Below, in pieces: positions 47,001 through 55,191 of a stretch of DNA of 64,000 bases; the first letter of the stretch is position 1, and each line of letters opens with the position of its first letter. The notes under the pieces were generated by a model. That model was not told where the DNA came from. It did not search any database and saw only the letters and a list, made by a program, of their open reading frames with translations. Origin of the DNA: a virus; IMG/VR virus record IMGVR_UViG_3300030329_006606, positions 24,817-88,816 of that record; one strand, 5' to 3'. Made by a program: the position numbers and the translations under genes.

Positions 47001-49203
47001 GATGTTTTACTATAGAATGGTTCGTTGTTTCATAATTGATCGGATCAAAACCAGCACCAAACCCAGCGAAATTAATGCCATTACCCTTCCTTAATACGTC
47101 TGGGTCTCTAATATAGATAGGCTCAGCTAACTCCACCGCCTCAATAATGTCTCCCACCTTATAGGCTGGAGTAATTGGACCCAAACAACCTTCCCACGAC
47201 ATTGGATCAACAAGATATTCCTTGGGGCAATAAGGTCTAAATCGATCTTGATTACTATAGTCAGGAGATTTCCTTGCGTCAGTATTAATAATCTTTCTCC
47301 AGTTACCCTCAAAGTCCTCTCTATAAGCACTGTACACTGAAGAAGAATTACCCTGATTCCTAACAACTTCAACAGGCGGGTGATTATTTTTCGGCCCCAT
47401 GCCCATAAGAGGACAATCTCTAGCTTCATCAAAATTAGCCGGGTTACAAGTGGGGTCTATTTTTTCTGAACCAATATTCATGAAGAAACCCCACTCCATT
47501 TGAGTTACCATCGCATTTCCAATAGGAGCATTAGCAACTTCTAATGGGTCGCCACCCTGATTAAGAACCCACTGTTTAAACCCTTCTCCGGCGCTGGTTG
47601 GTATATAAATTTGTCTCGTGCCATCAATAGCGTCTTGAACTGTGGGGTGAAGGGTAAAACAATGACACGAACTTTCGTCAACTCCATCAGCATTTCCCCT
47701 AGCGGGCCTAGCGTAAGCTCTTCCGTAAGGATATAATTCATATAATTCTATTGGATAACACTCAGTTGTTATCGTTGGCCAGTGAAATGGGTTCATTTCG
47801 TTATCAACACCATTTGGCTTCTGAATAAGAGAGCCTCCCCCAGTCGTTGTCGTAGTTCCCGAAGCAGTCGTTGTCGTAGTTCCCGAAGCAGTCGTTGTCG
47901 TAGTTCCCGAAGCAGTCGTTGTCGTAGGCGCGCCCGTTGTAGTGGTGGTTGTTCCACATGTTGCTTCACCCAAAAAAGCAAACGCAGTCACGGCATGAGC
48001 ATTAGTGTTACCATCTCTAAAAGTGAGAGATATTTCATCCCCTGTAGATATACAATGATTTAATGATGGCAAACAAAATGTTGTCCAAGCAAATATGGTT
48101 GGATCCTGTGGCGGCGCCGTTGTTCCCGTACACACACAATCCCCCGTCGGACACCCTCCCACGACCTTAACCTGCGATGAGGTTTCCTTTTGGCCAATTG
48201 TAGTTGGGAACAGAATAGTTCCATCGCTTAACTTCATCGGTTGACTTGAATCAAGCGTCTGAAGTATATTATCAGGATCAATAAACTCAACCCTTTCGGG
48301 TAGTGGGTTTAGTCTTGGAGTACAATCTGGATTAACCGGCGTCCCATAAAAACCAGACGTTACCCCTTGTCCTGAGTCGAAAGAAATATCCAACTCCCAA
48401 GCCGTAGCCGCTGCGGCTGATGCCTGCCCGCCTTGGTTAATTACAACCTTGATGTAATCTCTTGAGCCGTTTAGGTTAACTTCAATCCTATTCGTGCCCA
48501 TGTTGGCGCCTTCACCCATTGGGCAAGTAAAGCCGTCCTTAAATAATTGAAGCTCCACCGGGTCCATCTCCGGATCACCATACCAAAAAGGACCAAAAGC
48601 GTTAGAGTCCCCCGAATAGCTTTCGTCACCGTTATCTGAGTAAAATACAGTAACCCAATCAGGTACTGCGGCTACATCTAAATCTAAAATTAGTTTACCG
48701 TTCTTACAGTTTTGGCCCCAAGAACTAGTATCTATAACTATTATTTTTTCGTTTCTGTATTGATCAACATATTGTAGAGAAAGAGAACTGCACCCACCCT
48801 CTCCTGTGGCTGTGTTCGGGTCTCCGGGTGCCGCCGTCACAGGGACCGCATCCCCTCCGTCTCCTCTAGGAGGATTAATAATTTCCGTAAATGGATCCTC
48901 ATCTTCTCCTGCGGATTTTTTTGCGCCGCCTAATTTTATAGTTCCTTGATTGTAGGAAATTGTATCTCCGTCAGAATTTAACCCGCCATGAACCCACAAA
49001 GCCCTTGGTCTCTCAACAAGAACTTTTTTACCACGGTTCGTGCCTTCAAGGTATTCACAAAGCAACAACCTACTATATAATGTAAAATCTTTACACCAAG
49101 CACCACTATAACCAACGTCTTCAGCCAAACCAACGATACGCATCTTAACTAGTTTTTCACCGTTAAGATTTTCAACGTCCCATACTGATTGGTTAAAAGC
49201 CAT
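38083..49203 (-). CDS. 3706-aa modular fibre-like protein with an internal pro-M43 metalloprotease, GYQ collagen-like repeats, Cys-rich modules and Thr linkers
   Basis: HEAGHFFGLRHIWGD (43642-43674), DTP, NFMDYS, FT.GQ; (GYQ)n blocks at about 45470-45560, 42080-42405 and 41595-41745. Confidence 0.85.
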   Translation of the reverse strand: MAFNQSVWDVENLNGEKLVKMRIVGLAEDVGYSGAWCKDFTLYSRLLLCEYLEGTNRGKKVLVERPRALWVHGGLNSDGDTISYNQGTIKLGGAKKSAGEDEDPFTEIINPPRGDGGDAVPVTAAPGDPNTATGEGGCSSLSLQYVDQYRNEKIIVIDTSSWGQNCKNGKLILDLDVAAVPDWVTVFYSDNGDESYSGDSNAFGPFWYGDPEMDPVELQLFKDGFTCPMGEGANMGTNRIEVNLNGSRDYIKVVINQGGQASAAAATAWELDISFDSGQGVTSGFYGTPVNPDCTPRLNPLPERVEFIDPDNILQTLDSSQPMKLSDGTILFPTTIGQKETSSQVKVVGGCPTGDCVCTGTTAPPQDPTIFAWTTFCLPSLNHCISTGDEISLTFRDGNTNAHAVTAFAFLGEATCGTTTTTTGAPTTTTASGTTTTTASGTTTTTASGTTTTTGGGSLIQKPNGVDNEMNPFHWPTITTECYPIELYELYPYGRAYARPARGNADGVDESSCHCFTLHPTVQDAIDGTRQIYIPTSAGEGFKQWVLNQGGDPLEVANAPIGNAMVTQMEWGFFMNIGSEKIDPTCNPANFDEARDCPLMGMGPKNNHPPVEVVRNQGNSSSVYSAYREDFEGNWRKIINTDARKSPDYSNQDRFRPYCPKEYLVDPMSWEGCLGPITPAYKVGDIIEAVELAEPIYIRDPDVLRKGNGINFAGFGAGFDPINYETTNHSIVKHQDFIMWSGDDGSQHKYRGRSHNSLFEGGAVSWGSLNRGGSAFGDTAIDRNVPLGKGYSNRLLTLDIHRVNTFNTNLQNAGQQFSWWPLLQMGDKGISNEVYLSEMLGCVHPNDPKWAGINNANLAMNPDNLRDAGFVDGGGDVSIDAIKSNCSKPTYEDIPYAAITYRDVNIKSRVRNTKKCKPAIDFTPSTGSQGYQGVDKCWLCARGDGVTSPPTTAGPTTTPTPGTTTTGGPICQGKVQWFLCNVCDDCCGCQGGCAPLTMIRFVGDCWDWATHADGVYFTNSGRLVIPRQDCGVVDAPGSSTPPTSGMCCPDGPGGDTCSVWGGGDADACHRTFHGADGGGETVCMEQRYGDCQGWTGNNLPNVCNNGCNFSFHCGPGVNDRCPEYEWVDQGVMKTEPCNYCWNNEIPIPGNPFDLSKVIDIDAEINEESQDSSPFYPEPQWPNPKTFLVRGITLEEATTNCEAKNGTLVYDYAVPCQGYQGYQGYQGYQGKEGKDGPKGAQGKAGPSGCPSCFEVTWCNEVGDSTCTTPSAKCSLNLEKDVFPGCNNVGFPPEKISGKFSKPETFSVYYNQHSQCALEYSSDGAGETAPVKSVKFTNNHSTNSIEVNGETIAAGESHTFAENDAIAYAGYNTGAQNDFANGKTYTVTDAGAPEESNVFNSPTTTTTTQSGTCTPTYTWTISGGWTTGDVASCNVGCGCSSCDDTCWECLDGDAANTTHINTPPEAATGVWAPCTCAQNGGGTTAPPGGTTAAPCTDPMDYSIDASLGWNKGEGALLQPDLDLYVKVGDCQAVGYSSPALDPDCSVFSDPCCEDGGDGGDGATTTCTTCPENVAKQPYSEAKIVKSNSSGFSMPWDDKYITKDISLDTGCVLKSGGCIAHDLIKSHMDNNPFAKNLAQLQEEEVLNKAQTLSVIAGQSKLVKVWVHVVWHEDYQNISDAQIESQIKALNRGFGGGGGRYGYKPSRWQNETANACIQFELAGVTRKYTDSTSFWPENNASRDSKPDPVKHDSTGGSDAVDGHFNIWVCHLLMPAGFCLYGYGTFPNFRADLHPTGNEDGVVMDHRAFGDHTGTVGATSEGREGDGCDGAYDGSWGSDAKDSGIIMVHEAGHFFGLRHIWGDGDCSRDDGVADTPLQDQSSGQDCPGPSKETCGSLDMYENFMDYSGETCQSIFTCGQMNVMHANLEISPNRTNLLNGTTNSQGGLFSGIPCPGDSFAQCGQISNTTAPPGTTTTTTGGPGTTTTTQDPTLPGGACGECNEAGGWKCCRKAGCIPCDTDKPNAGAPGSPDWNCCYKNPNDGGDFGSECEMCNSDSTQACVPDCCCDDACCFFQDCCPDACSKVQKGSDEGQEGAKCISSGAEEDHPNCCAGGEEPKRCDKSEVEDCLCPGETYCVYNPATGQQGTFTIEPGGGDMAIASNNPFEAGENEGAIQSVDNISGGDASGEYTEVSASGGAGSGAKFKVVIDGSGTTVTVVSGGSGYKLNDTLTIASADVGEGSEVKFDVAGVDEGKGAKKGDTLIICLGPCPKNGYQGYQGYQGYQGYDGYARYKGYQGDKGYQGYQGYQGYQGYQGLDGYARYQGAQGYQGLDGYARYQGAQGYQGKDGSATYKGYQGYQGLDGYARYRGAQGFQGYQGAKGEGCPACETFIGDPNGNAVPTAGGWEALAGGKIKAYLNNAENCWTEGEPICVNQNEAGEEKFEGSTISTFVPSTKPAGAPQPTQAYMEITGLESSFNGQLSVTICHGSCTNMGYQGFQGYQGQSGYATYQGYQGYQGLGGQGYQGFQGGEGSGYQGYQGKPGFGDDPCGDIGNAGNECCNTNWWTAMTFQCNITGKQNLTIEGDTHLQELVMIGEPGELCDNNLLVWNESTFYCETTFKECVTFEKGFKSDKLSVSELHFCGGGDCTGGDGTLLPCPENAPSILWNNGGGLHWEPVVTRTITICVDGVNQEVCILTSGCEGEEANRALLDQAANIGDTTINLTDQAWVQVGATLSIDANQHNAETVTVTGLGSVLVTALTKAHSKGAVVQLVSNPTTTTSTTTTTTSGPTTTSGPTTTTTAGPTTTTVAPARYYIVEHHMASVPVFDITESSGWSSGALVPAQFTSSLVYKPSEDYFYNQFWGVSNNISCYANTTFSSSDLGQNINKCGGFWTKQRPSWDVGSWVNSWSQAPAAGSNCSDVDAWGNPTDASCWESKWNPGVFVTIFSDIDMANSGLDFDDLKLGDVVWATADGSDVKTCWTITGVGGNNTALPTEWSTSDGSTAATTYKDLWDSLNSIGKINPWTLVASYNCFAHWSFSTNTGVFKSSQYGNSASARSSCSACVDMVDSQVNQPNGEDCSPCSLSVCDTNNLVQPISIGSTSVYLRHHSGLSVGDSLVIDPWTSNEETFSISTLSGLMTAQRTKRVGMLATATSSFAKSHSANAAVIGLAEKNALQNKYKITKCCDNGSDTVLNVSGLTKASCATHADVSCLNDGCWIPNGCVNGKCSWRYSKESEEYGDCATGQPFKSVYIYWNVFKGVTGNELGRWEMSPAIPPKGVISYSTHRCPWTWTADENRSSASNPWDSTVTWQYGAKVGRGGAGRSACIVSRTAAQVVAIATTTTATPTTAAAPLQSATTTTTQGPTLPGGCCTPKHEWTDMVVEEFHSWSGGFCDNKSCCHWDGGCILGSCQGVVQTSAHNGFRSNSQVYLKKEDPNNPGEFIKTCYRVKDAHAVDATTKWSESPDISSNWEECGCPSKNGCPATTTPEPCDTPEKLGLIVSGHSGEFPAGGCLNGCYLALTYNNKCYTTTVAPVFVPGGVTGATPNPAGTASPTVGPTQPPPVPNPTTAGPTTTTTTPAPGVQEYIGIDCRTNQQVRFIDEYGTAAAYPNAVSHEIGGVETMAYETLLLERAITVTRMINGQPVLVSSSASICVNSWTKTAWTGTATLTVLNKWMGKTCDVLHNDGDLGNNIPHSCMAPWNGGTYNSGNIMP
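41595..42405. repeat. collagen-like G-X-Y (GYQ/GAQ/GFQ) coding repeats in two blocks
   Basis: 9-nt periodic CCTTGATAC-like units; interrupted by DGYARY. Confidence 0.85.
47841..47927. repeat. coding tandem repeat (CAGTCGTTGTCGTAGTTCCCGAAG)x3.6
   Basis: Perfect 24-nt units encoding ASGTTTTT. Confidence 0.85.
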
Positions 49204-50636
49204 TAGTCAATACCTCCTGTTATTATAACTTCATCAATAAAAAAATCACTCACGCTAGGATGTCCGCCGCTTACAGTTAGCTTGGCTAACATGTAGTCTT
49301 TATCCCTCGTTTTGTTATTTATTATTTTTATATCTAATTCTTCCTTGATTGGCGCATGCACTGTTCCTGTGTTTACATATTTTGCCGCTCCCAGATTAGC
49401 CGGATAAAATACCCCTGCTTGTGCTCCGGTTAAATTGTTTGTCCTATAATCGTGTAAACTTGACAATGTTCCTGTTTTAAAATCCCACACTCCAGTAAAT
49501 GTTTTTTCATAAGCGTCAACTAGAGCTACCCCCGTACCAGAATAAGCGTTTGTTCCGGTTACTGGCGCAACAATTTCGACGGTCGGCACAGATTCAAAAT
49601 AAATCCCGGGTTCAAGCATTTCCATCCTGCTTTCCTTAACATGGCCGCTTACAATCTGCATATAGCCCGTGGCTCGAACATCTGTACCAAGTCCTTCAGA
49701 AAATTTTAACCATGCCCATCCACCGTTATAGTTGTTATTGTACCCATTCCCACTGCTAGATAGACTTACACCTGTTACCCGATTATATGTTCCAACTTTG
49801 CCGCTGTAATACTCTAGACTCACAGAGGTCCTGCCTGATATATTTTCATCACCACTAACTACATCCAAAAGATAAGTATAATTACCTGTTGCTGTGTCGT
49901 TCATTGTCCCAGATATAAGTGCGCCTTGGTTTTCTCCTTGCGGCGATAAGAAAGAAGAAATTTCATAATTAACAGGTTGCTGGGCGGTTAAGTTTTCGTT
50001 ATGGTATATATTTCCAGCATTAGTTTTTATATTAAGTTGTAAAGGCAATACCCCCTCTTTGCCCCCTATATTCTTAACTACAATATTTGCTGCGCCAGAT
50101 CTATTAACAGAGGTTGGGCTCGATGTAATTTCGTATTGCCCCGTGCTTGCTCCGGTTACTGCGGTGCTACTTATAGTTATGTCTGCATTGGTAGATAGGT
50201 TTTGGAATTTTCCGGTTAACGTATCCCCTAAAGTAAATTTATCTTGAAAATCAATACTCAAACTAATGGGATCAGAATAAACGGTGGTGTCTACATTTAA
50301 TTTACAATTTTCTGCTTTTGCGTAAAAATGACCTATGGAGAAATTGTTTTTCTGCCCCACATTACAAATAGATTTATTATTAATATTATAATTATACTTT
50401 GTAGTATTAAATGCTCCTGATATAGACATTCTTTCATTCTTCTTATATGAGTTTACATATCTACCTTCAAAGTCATAAATCTTACCACTAATAAATTTAA
50501 ATAAAATAGATTGATTTTGACCGCTAAAGCCTACGTGAGCGACACCAGTAAGATTGTCAAGACGTAGGTCTTTTAAATAAAAAGTCATACTATCTTGATT
50601 CGTCAATTCTAATGTTTTTTCTCCAGTTATTAGCAT
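49203..50636 (-). CDS. putative virion structural protein (beta-rich, G/S/T-rich)
   Basis: V.GV.L.S.G.GY and G..A.G...I..G.V......PG.Y...P.V repeats of a type seen in phage tail/baseplate proteins. Confidence 0.5.
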   Translation of the reverse strand: MLITGEKTLELTNQDSMTFYLKDLRLDNLTGVAHVGFSGQNQSILFKFISGKIYDFEGRYVNSYKKNERMSISGAFNTTKYNYNINNKSICNVGQKNNFSIGHFYAKAENCKLNVDTTVYSDPISLSIDFQDKFTLGDTLTGKFQNLSTNADITISSTAVTGASTGQYEITSSPTSVNRSGAANIVVKNIGGKEGVLPLQLNIKTNAGNIYHNENLTAQQPVNYEISSFLSPQGENQGALISGTMNDTATGNYTYLLDVVSGDENISGRTSVSLEYYSGKVGTYNRVTGVSLSSSGNGYNNNYNGGWAWLKFSEGLGTDVRATGYMQIVSGHVKESRMEMLEPGIYFESVPTVEIVAPVTGTNAYSGTGVALVDAYEKTFTGVWDFKTGTLSSLHDYRTNNLTGAQAGVFYPANLGAAKYVNTGTVHAPIKEELDIKIINNKTRDKDYMLAKLTVSGGHPSVSDFFIDEVIITGGID

Positions 50637-50639
50637 ATT

Positions 50640-53600
50640 TTAATGATTGTGTCTCGCTCCTCCTGCGATGTTCATTTGGTTTGGTTTTGATATTTTTCCA
50701 TCCATTAATCTTGGTCCAAGTTTCTGCAATAAAACGTCTCGCTTTGGAAGCTTGGGCGGTCTATCAGCAAAAGTTAAATCTGTGCTTACTCCCTCGCCAT
50801 CCAAGCTTATTGAAAAGGAGCTTAATCCATGAGCCGCGTCCATTATGTCTGAAAGACCAGCGAAATGTGTCCCATCAAGTCTTACGGATACAGTTTCGGT
50901 TGCCTCGCTTATATCCTGACTCATACCTTTCAGATACGAATAGTAGCTTGGCAAATCGTATATTTTCATATCTCCTTGTGGGGTTTTAGCAACTATCTTA
51001 GAATGGAAAACGTTGGAATCCTCCTCAATTGCATTAATGTCAGATGTCGCGTCAATTTCAGTTATTCTAGTTCCCATAACATTTCCCGGGTTAGAATCTG
51101 GGCTGCCCACAACCTGTTGTTGTTTAGCGATAGTTCCACGCATTGTAGACTTAGCACTAAAGTATCCGCTATAAGTCGATTCTACTGGGTAAATAATTTT
51201 TACATACCTACCCAGATGCTTTAAATTCATAACGTAAGATTTGTAAGATAAGAATCCGTGGTTCGGTTCTTCATAAGGTTTGCACTCACAAACATCTTCC
51301 ACCACATTCTCTTCACAATATAATGTACAATCCTGCTTGGGCTGAGAATCCTCGAACCATTTTCTAGCTCTCCGTTCCGCATTTCTAAATACTTTCGGAT
51401 TTGTTTGAACATCTGCAATTTTTAAACCGCCTATCGGATTATCATAACCAGCAGGAGCTTTCAAAGATGAAGCGCCACCCCACGGGTCAGGTGGCCCCAA
51501 AGGTCCCCAAGAAACTTGGTCTCCTGTTATTGGGTGAACTCCGACGGGTTCTTGCTCAAAAACTTTAATATAATCTATAGATCCGTCGGGAGCCTCTACA
51601 GCGCTTGGGCTTGGATTTCTCCAATGGCCGTCAGGCCAGTATATAGTTATTCCCTGTTGGAAAAAATTATGACATTCACTAACCGTACATTTGCCATTAC
51701 ACCCAACCACTTGGGGGAATTCAGAACAGAAAATAAAGGCGTCATCCCCTCCGGGTAAATGTCGCTTTGCTGGATTATTGATATTTCCTTGTGCTAAATC
51801 TGTCGCCCAATCATACCAATGCATTTCCCCGTTACCCCATTGAACTTCTAATATCTTTTTGCCGTTAAATCCTGTAGCAATAGGTTTACCCCTAAAATTT
51901 GGGTCTTTATGAGTGCTCGGATGTGTGCCGTCAAGTTTAGGAATAATAGCAATCCCTCCTCGGTATCCACTATATTCACCCTGCCCTTGCGCATTTACAT
52001 AATGTTCGTAATTATTAAACAAACCAGCTAGCTCCGTATTTAAACCTCTGCGTCCATCAAAATAAGAATAAATTGGAACAAAGTTATGTAAATCAGACAT
52101 CATTATCTGCCTTTGCAAATCATTACCAAATGTTTGCTCTATATGTCCAACGTTATAAGGATTTTCGAGAGCCCAATCAACATTAGCCTGAGCAGTTCCC
52201 CAAGCATTATCTTCTATATCAAATACGCTTTTATTTTTATGTTTACCTAGGGTTGTATGACCTCGCTCCCAAGGTCTGCCGCCAGCCAGCGGCGCCGCAG
52301 AATAATCCGAAGGAGGAGGAACTGAGTCTGGATTAAATTGGCCGTCATTTACTTTTAATATTTTTTTGAAAGGATAACTATGCCCGGAATATATTTCGCT
52401 TTCGGGAATTGTTGCGGTCTCCAAAGAAATTTGATGGAATCTATGAACTGGTGGCACCACCGGCTCTTCGGTCGAGTCAAGAACTCCCTGAGACATTACA
52501 TCATACTCTGGGCAATAATTATAGCTTTTAGATAATTGTTCGTAAAACATTCCATATTTCCCGACGAAATCTTCAGCCAACTCCGCATCGAATTGAGCGA
52601 CTGCATCCTGATATTGTTCGTTATAAATTCCAATCCAAACCTCGTAAGAGTCTGGATTCTGCCAGATGGGATGAACTAAATTATTTCCTTCTCCGCCCTT
52701 TTGTCTTGCGAATTTTTGTAATAGACTTGATTTCTTTGCGTAAGCCTGTAGGTTTTGAGTTAAGGGGAATGTTACCGGCATATTTTTCGGCCAAACGTCT
52801 CCGCCTCCTGCACCCGGAATTATTTGCCCCGGGCAACGATTCATAGCTCCTTTACACCAATAAGTCCATTGAGCGTGAGTTTTGTCTTCTGGCAAAAACT
52901 TAAACATGCCCGTGCAAGGCTCTCCCTCTTTTAAGCCCGCGGGCTTTTGTAATGCTGGGTCGTTTGGCGTGGGGAATACCAAGCCGGGCGGAGCTTCATT
53001 ACAATTTGGGCCAACAGGCACGGTCGATACAACCCCTATATATTGATCAGCCCTAAGCGCGGGAATGCCCTCGTTATTACTTCTAAGATTATCGGTCAAA
53101 GTTGTTAGCGGGAAAAACCCCAAAGATACAAAAGCTCCAGATTTTATAGAAGAACCAATGGTTCCATCTCCCGGCCAATTAGGAACAGAAGCGCTTTCAG
53201 CATGCAACGTGGAATTGTTTAAAGTTTCACCACGCCACCTCCTTTTGAAACCTGTGATATTGTTTGCGTTATCCTTCAACGGTTGTTTTTTATCTTCCCA
53301 AACTCCTATCGGTCCACCCGGCGAAACTCCATATTTTTGACGTTTTATAGTTCTCATCGGGTAAGCCCTAGGAACTTTTGTCCCTAGGGGAAGAGTATTT
53401 CCTACTGTGCCGCATGGTATTGTATCTGCATGACAATTTTCCGTATCTGGATCACAATTACAGGGTGTAGGCCATTCATACTGAGCGCTTGCGTTCCATT
53501 GTCCATTAGAATCATATCCACCAACTGATTCATCTCCGTCTGTTGTGAACCAAGCTTGGGTTTCCCGCTTGTTAGAAGCCTGATCACTTAACCACATAAG

Positions 53601-55148
53601 TCTTGCTTCTGGACTATATTTTGCTAACCCTATAGACATGTAAAGATCACTATACGTTCTACCGAGATTTGCTACATTTCCTATTGCATCAGAAACTGTT
53701 ATTGTTTTTGCTTCTTTATATTCATCGTGTTGATGCTCTCTCTGTATGGTTCTTGGCGGCTTTATATATTTTACCAAGGGTTCCGCTTTATAGGTGTTTT
53801 CTTTCGTTACATTGGTTGAATAATTCTTTATCATTCCGCCTTGGCTTCCGTCAAACGAAGTTTCAATAGCGGTTCTTACTTCATCTAGATCTGCTCCCGA
53901 AACCAAATCTACAGCGGTTAATTTCGGCTTTTCTCCCGTGGAATCAATTGTCCAATCAAAAGCTAGATCCGCGCCCCAAGCAGTGAGAACTTCCCTTAAA
54001 GTTCCGGTGTAATTTGCTGCGTAACAGGTGCCTTGCATGCTTTCAGAGCAAGCGCGTCTCTTAAATTTAAGATCATTAAGGTTATGGTCTATGTTCATTT
54101 CGTCTATCACGTTAACTAAATCTTGAAAATAATATTCCACCTTCCCTATTTCACAATTCGTTTCCTGAAAAGCTTCTCTTCCTATGGTTACATAACCCCC
54201 ATTAACCGCGGTCTTCCAGTTGCCCGTTCTTAAATTCGACGAAACCCAATATCCATTAGCGTTCGCTCCAGCAACCTGAACAAATCTGGAAACTCTTGCT
54301 GTGTCTGTCTGTCTAGCCCAATCCGCCGCTGTTGAGTCCCATTTGTCCCAACCATCCACCCCAGTTCTATTTTTAACTCCAATGGTGTGGTTCGTGGGAG
54401 TTAACTGCGGATTATTCCATGGCCAACGCGCGGCTGGATCTCCGGGCTGCATATCAACTAAAGTACCGATTGCTACGGCATTTCCATCGGGACCCACGCA
54501 AGGAACAGTCCCCACGCCACATGGATTTTGCACGGTACCGACGCAATCACACGGAGTCTTTTTTCCGGGCCACAGGAGTCTTCTTGGGCTAAGACTATTA
54601 CATTCTAAACACACAACCTGAAAACCTACATTTTCCATTAAATGGTAAAAATGGTTTCCTCCATTATCGCTATTATCCAACCACCAATTATCTCCACGGT
54701 CTGGATTAATTTGTTTTTTATAAACTAAAGAATCCGCCCGTTGCGTATCATGTCTTCCAACTAGACCAACATGAATTTTATCAAATGCCTGAGAAAAATC
54801 AACATAACTTAATGTAGCGGTTTTAGCGCCAGCGGTTACGTTATAAGCGTAACTATACAAATACATATTAGAAAAAGTAACATTTCCGAACTTAATCGTG
54901 TGACCATTAATTGCCTGCCCTTCTACTTCATGCCCTAATGGCCCGACCCCGTCTTCATTGGTTTCTAATAAGGTTTTATTAACGTGAGTATTTAATGTTT
55001 GTAGATCTTTAGCTATTACATTTAATGTAATTTTTGTGGGCGCACCAGAGTAGCCGACATTACAACTAGCGTTATATATGCCGCATTCACCGAAAATTCT
55101 TCCGGGTTCGCCGCCATCTACTACTATTCCCTCAATTACCTTAAACAT
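50640..55148 (-). CDS. 1502-aa putative baseplate-hub/tail protein
   Basis: N-terminal G.IFG..IY......G....P..ITL.V, central Y.GTLREVL..WG.D....W, C-terminal S.SISL...GV.T...F; structural context. Function inferred only. Confidence 0.4.
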   Translation of the reverse strand: MFKVIEGIVVDGGEPGRIFGECGIYNASCNVGYSGAPTKITLNVIAKDLQTLNTHVNKTLLETNEDGVGPLGHEVEGQAINGHTIKFGNVTFSNMYLYSYAYNVTAGAKTATLSYVDFSQAFDKIHVGLVGRHDTQRADSLVYKKQINPDRGDNWWLDNSDNGGNHFYHLMENVGFQVVCLECNSLSPRRLLWPGKKTPCDCVGTVQNPCGVGTVPCVGPDGNAVAIGTLVDMQPGDPAARWPWNNPQLTPTNHTIGVKNRTGVDGWDKWDSTAADWARQTDTARVSRFVQVAGANANGYWVSSNLRTGNWKTAVNGGYVTIGREAFQETNCEIGKVEYYFQDLVNVIDEMNIDHNLNDLKFKRRACSESMQGTCYAANYTGTLREVLTAWGADLAFDWTIDSTGEKPKLTAVDLVSGADLDEVRTAIETSFDGSQGGMIKNYSTNVTKENTYKAEPLVKYIKPPRTIQREHQHDEYKEAKTITVSDAIGNVANLGRTYSDLYMSIGLAKYSPEARLMWLSDQASNKRETQAWFTTDGDESVGGYDSNGQWNASAQYEWPTPCNCDPDTENCHADTIPCGTVGNTLPLGTKVPRAYPMRTIKRQKYGVSPGGPIGVWEDKKQPLKDNANNITGFKRRWRGETLNNSTLHAESASVPNWPGDGTIGSSIKSGAFVSLGFFPLTTLTDNLRSNNEGIPALRADQYIGVVSTVPVGPNCNEAPPGLVFPTPNDPALQKPAGLKEGEPCTGMFKFLPEDKTHAQWTYWCKGAMNRCPGQIIPGAGGGDVWPKNMPVTFPLTQNLQAYAKKSSLLQKFARQKGGEGNNLVHPIWQNPDSYEVWIGIYNEQYQDAVAQFDAELAEDFVGKYGMFYEQLSKSYNYCPEYDVMSQGVLDSTEEPVVPPVHRFHQISLETATIPESEIYSGHSYPFKKILKVNDGQFNPDSVPPPSDYSAAPLAGGRPWERGHTTLGKHKNKSVFDIEDNAWGTAQANVDWALENPYNVGHIEQTFGNDLQRQIMMSDLHNFVPIYSYFDGRRGLNTELAGLFNNYEHYVNAQGQGEYSGYRGGIAIIPKLDGTHPSTHKDPNFRGKPIATGFNGKKILEVQWGNGEMHWYDWATDLAQGNINNPAKRHLPGGDDAFIFCSEFPQVVGCNGKCTVSECHNFFQQGITIYWPDGHWRNPSPSAVEAPDGSIDYIKVFEQEPVGVHPITGDQVSWGPLGPPDPWGGASSLKAPAGYDNPIGGLKIADVQTNPKVFRNAERRARKWFEDSQPKQDCTLYCEENVVEDVCECKPYEEPNHGFLSYKSYVMNLKHLGRYVKIIYPVESTYSGYFSAKSTMRGTIAKQQQVVGSPDSNPGNVMGTRITEIDATSDINAIEEDSNVFHSKIVAKTPQGDMKIYDLPSYYSYLKGMSQDISEATETVSVRLDGTHFAGLSDIMDAAHGLSSFSISLDGEGVSTDLTFADRPPKLPKRDVLLQKLGPRLMDGKISKPNQMNIAGGARHNH

Positions 55149-55165
55149 ACCTTTTTCCTTTATAA

Positions 55166-55178
55166 ATTACACTTTTTT
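55166..55178 (-). promoter_or_regulatory. putative late-promoter motif AAAAAAGTGTAAT
   Basis: 17 nt upstream of ATG 55148, followed by AAGGAAAAAGG. Confidence 0.55.
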
Positions 55179-55191
55179 AGTTTTTTCATAT

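Noticed and set aside
25986-47927. Short tandem repeats as a CRISPR array
   Set aside because: Units are 21-24 nt, contiguous without unique spacers, in frame, and encode Thr linkers.
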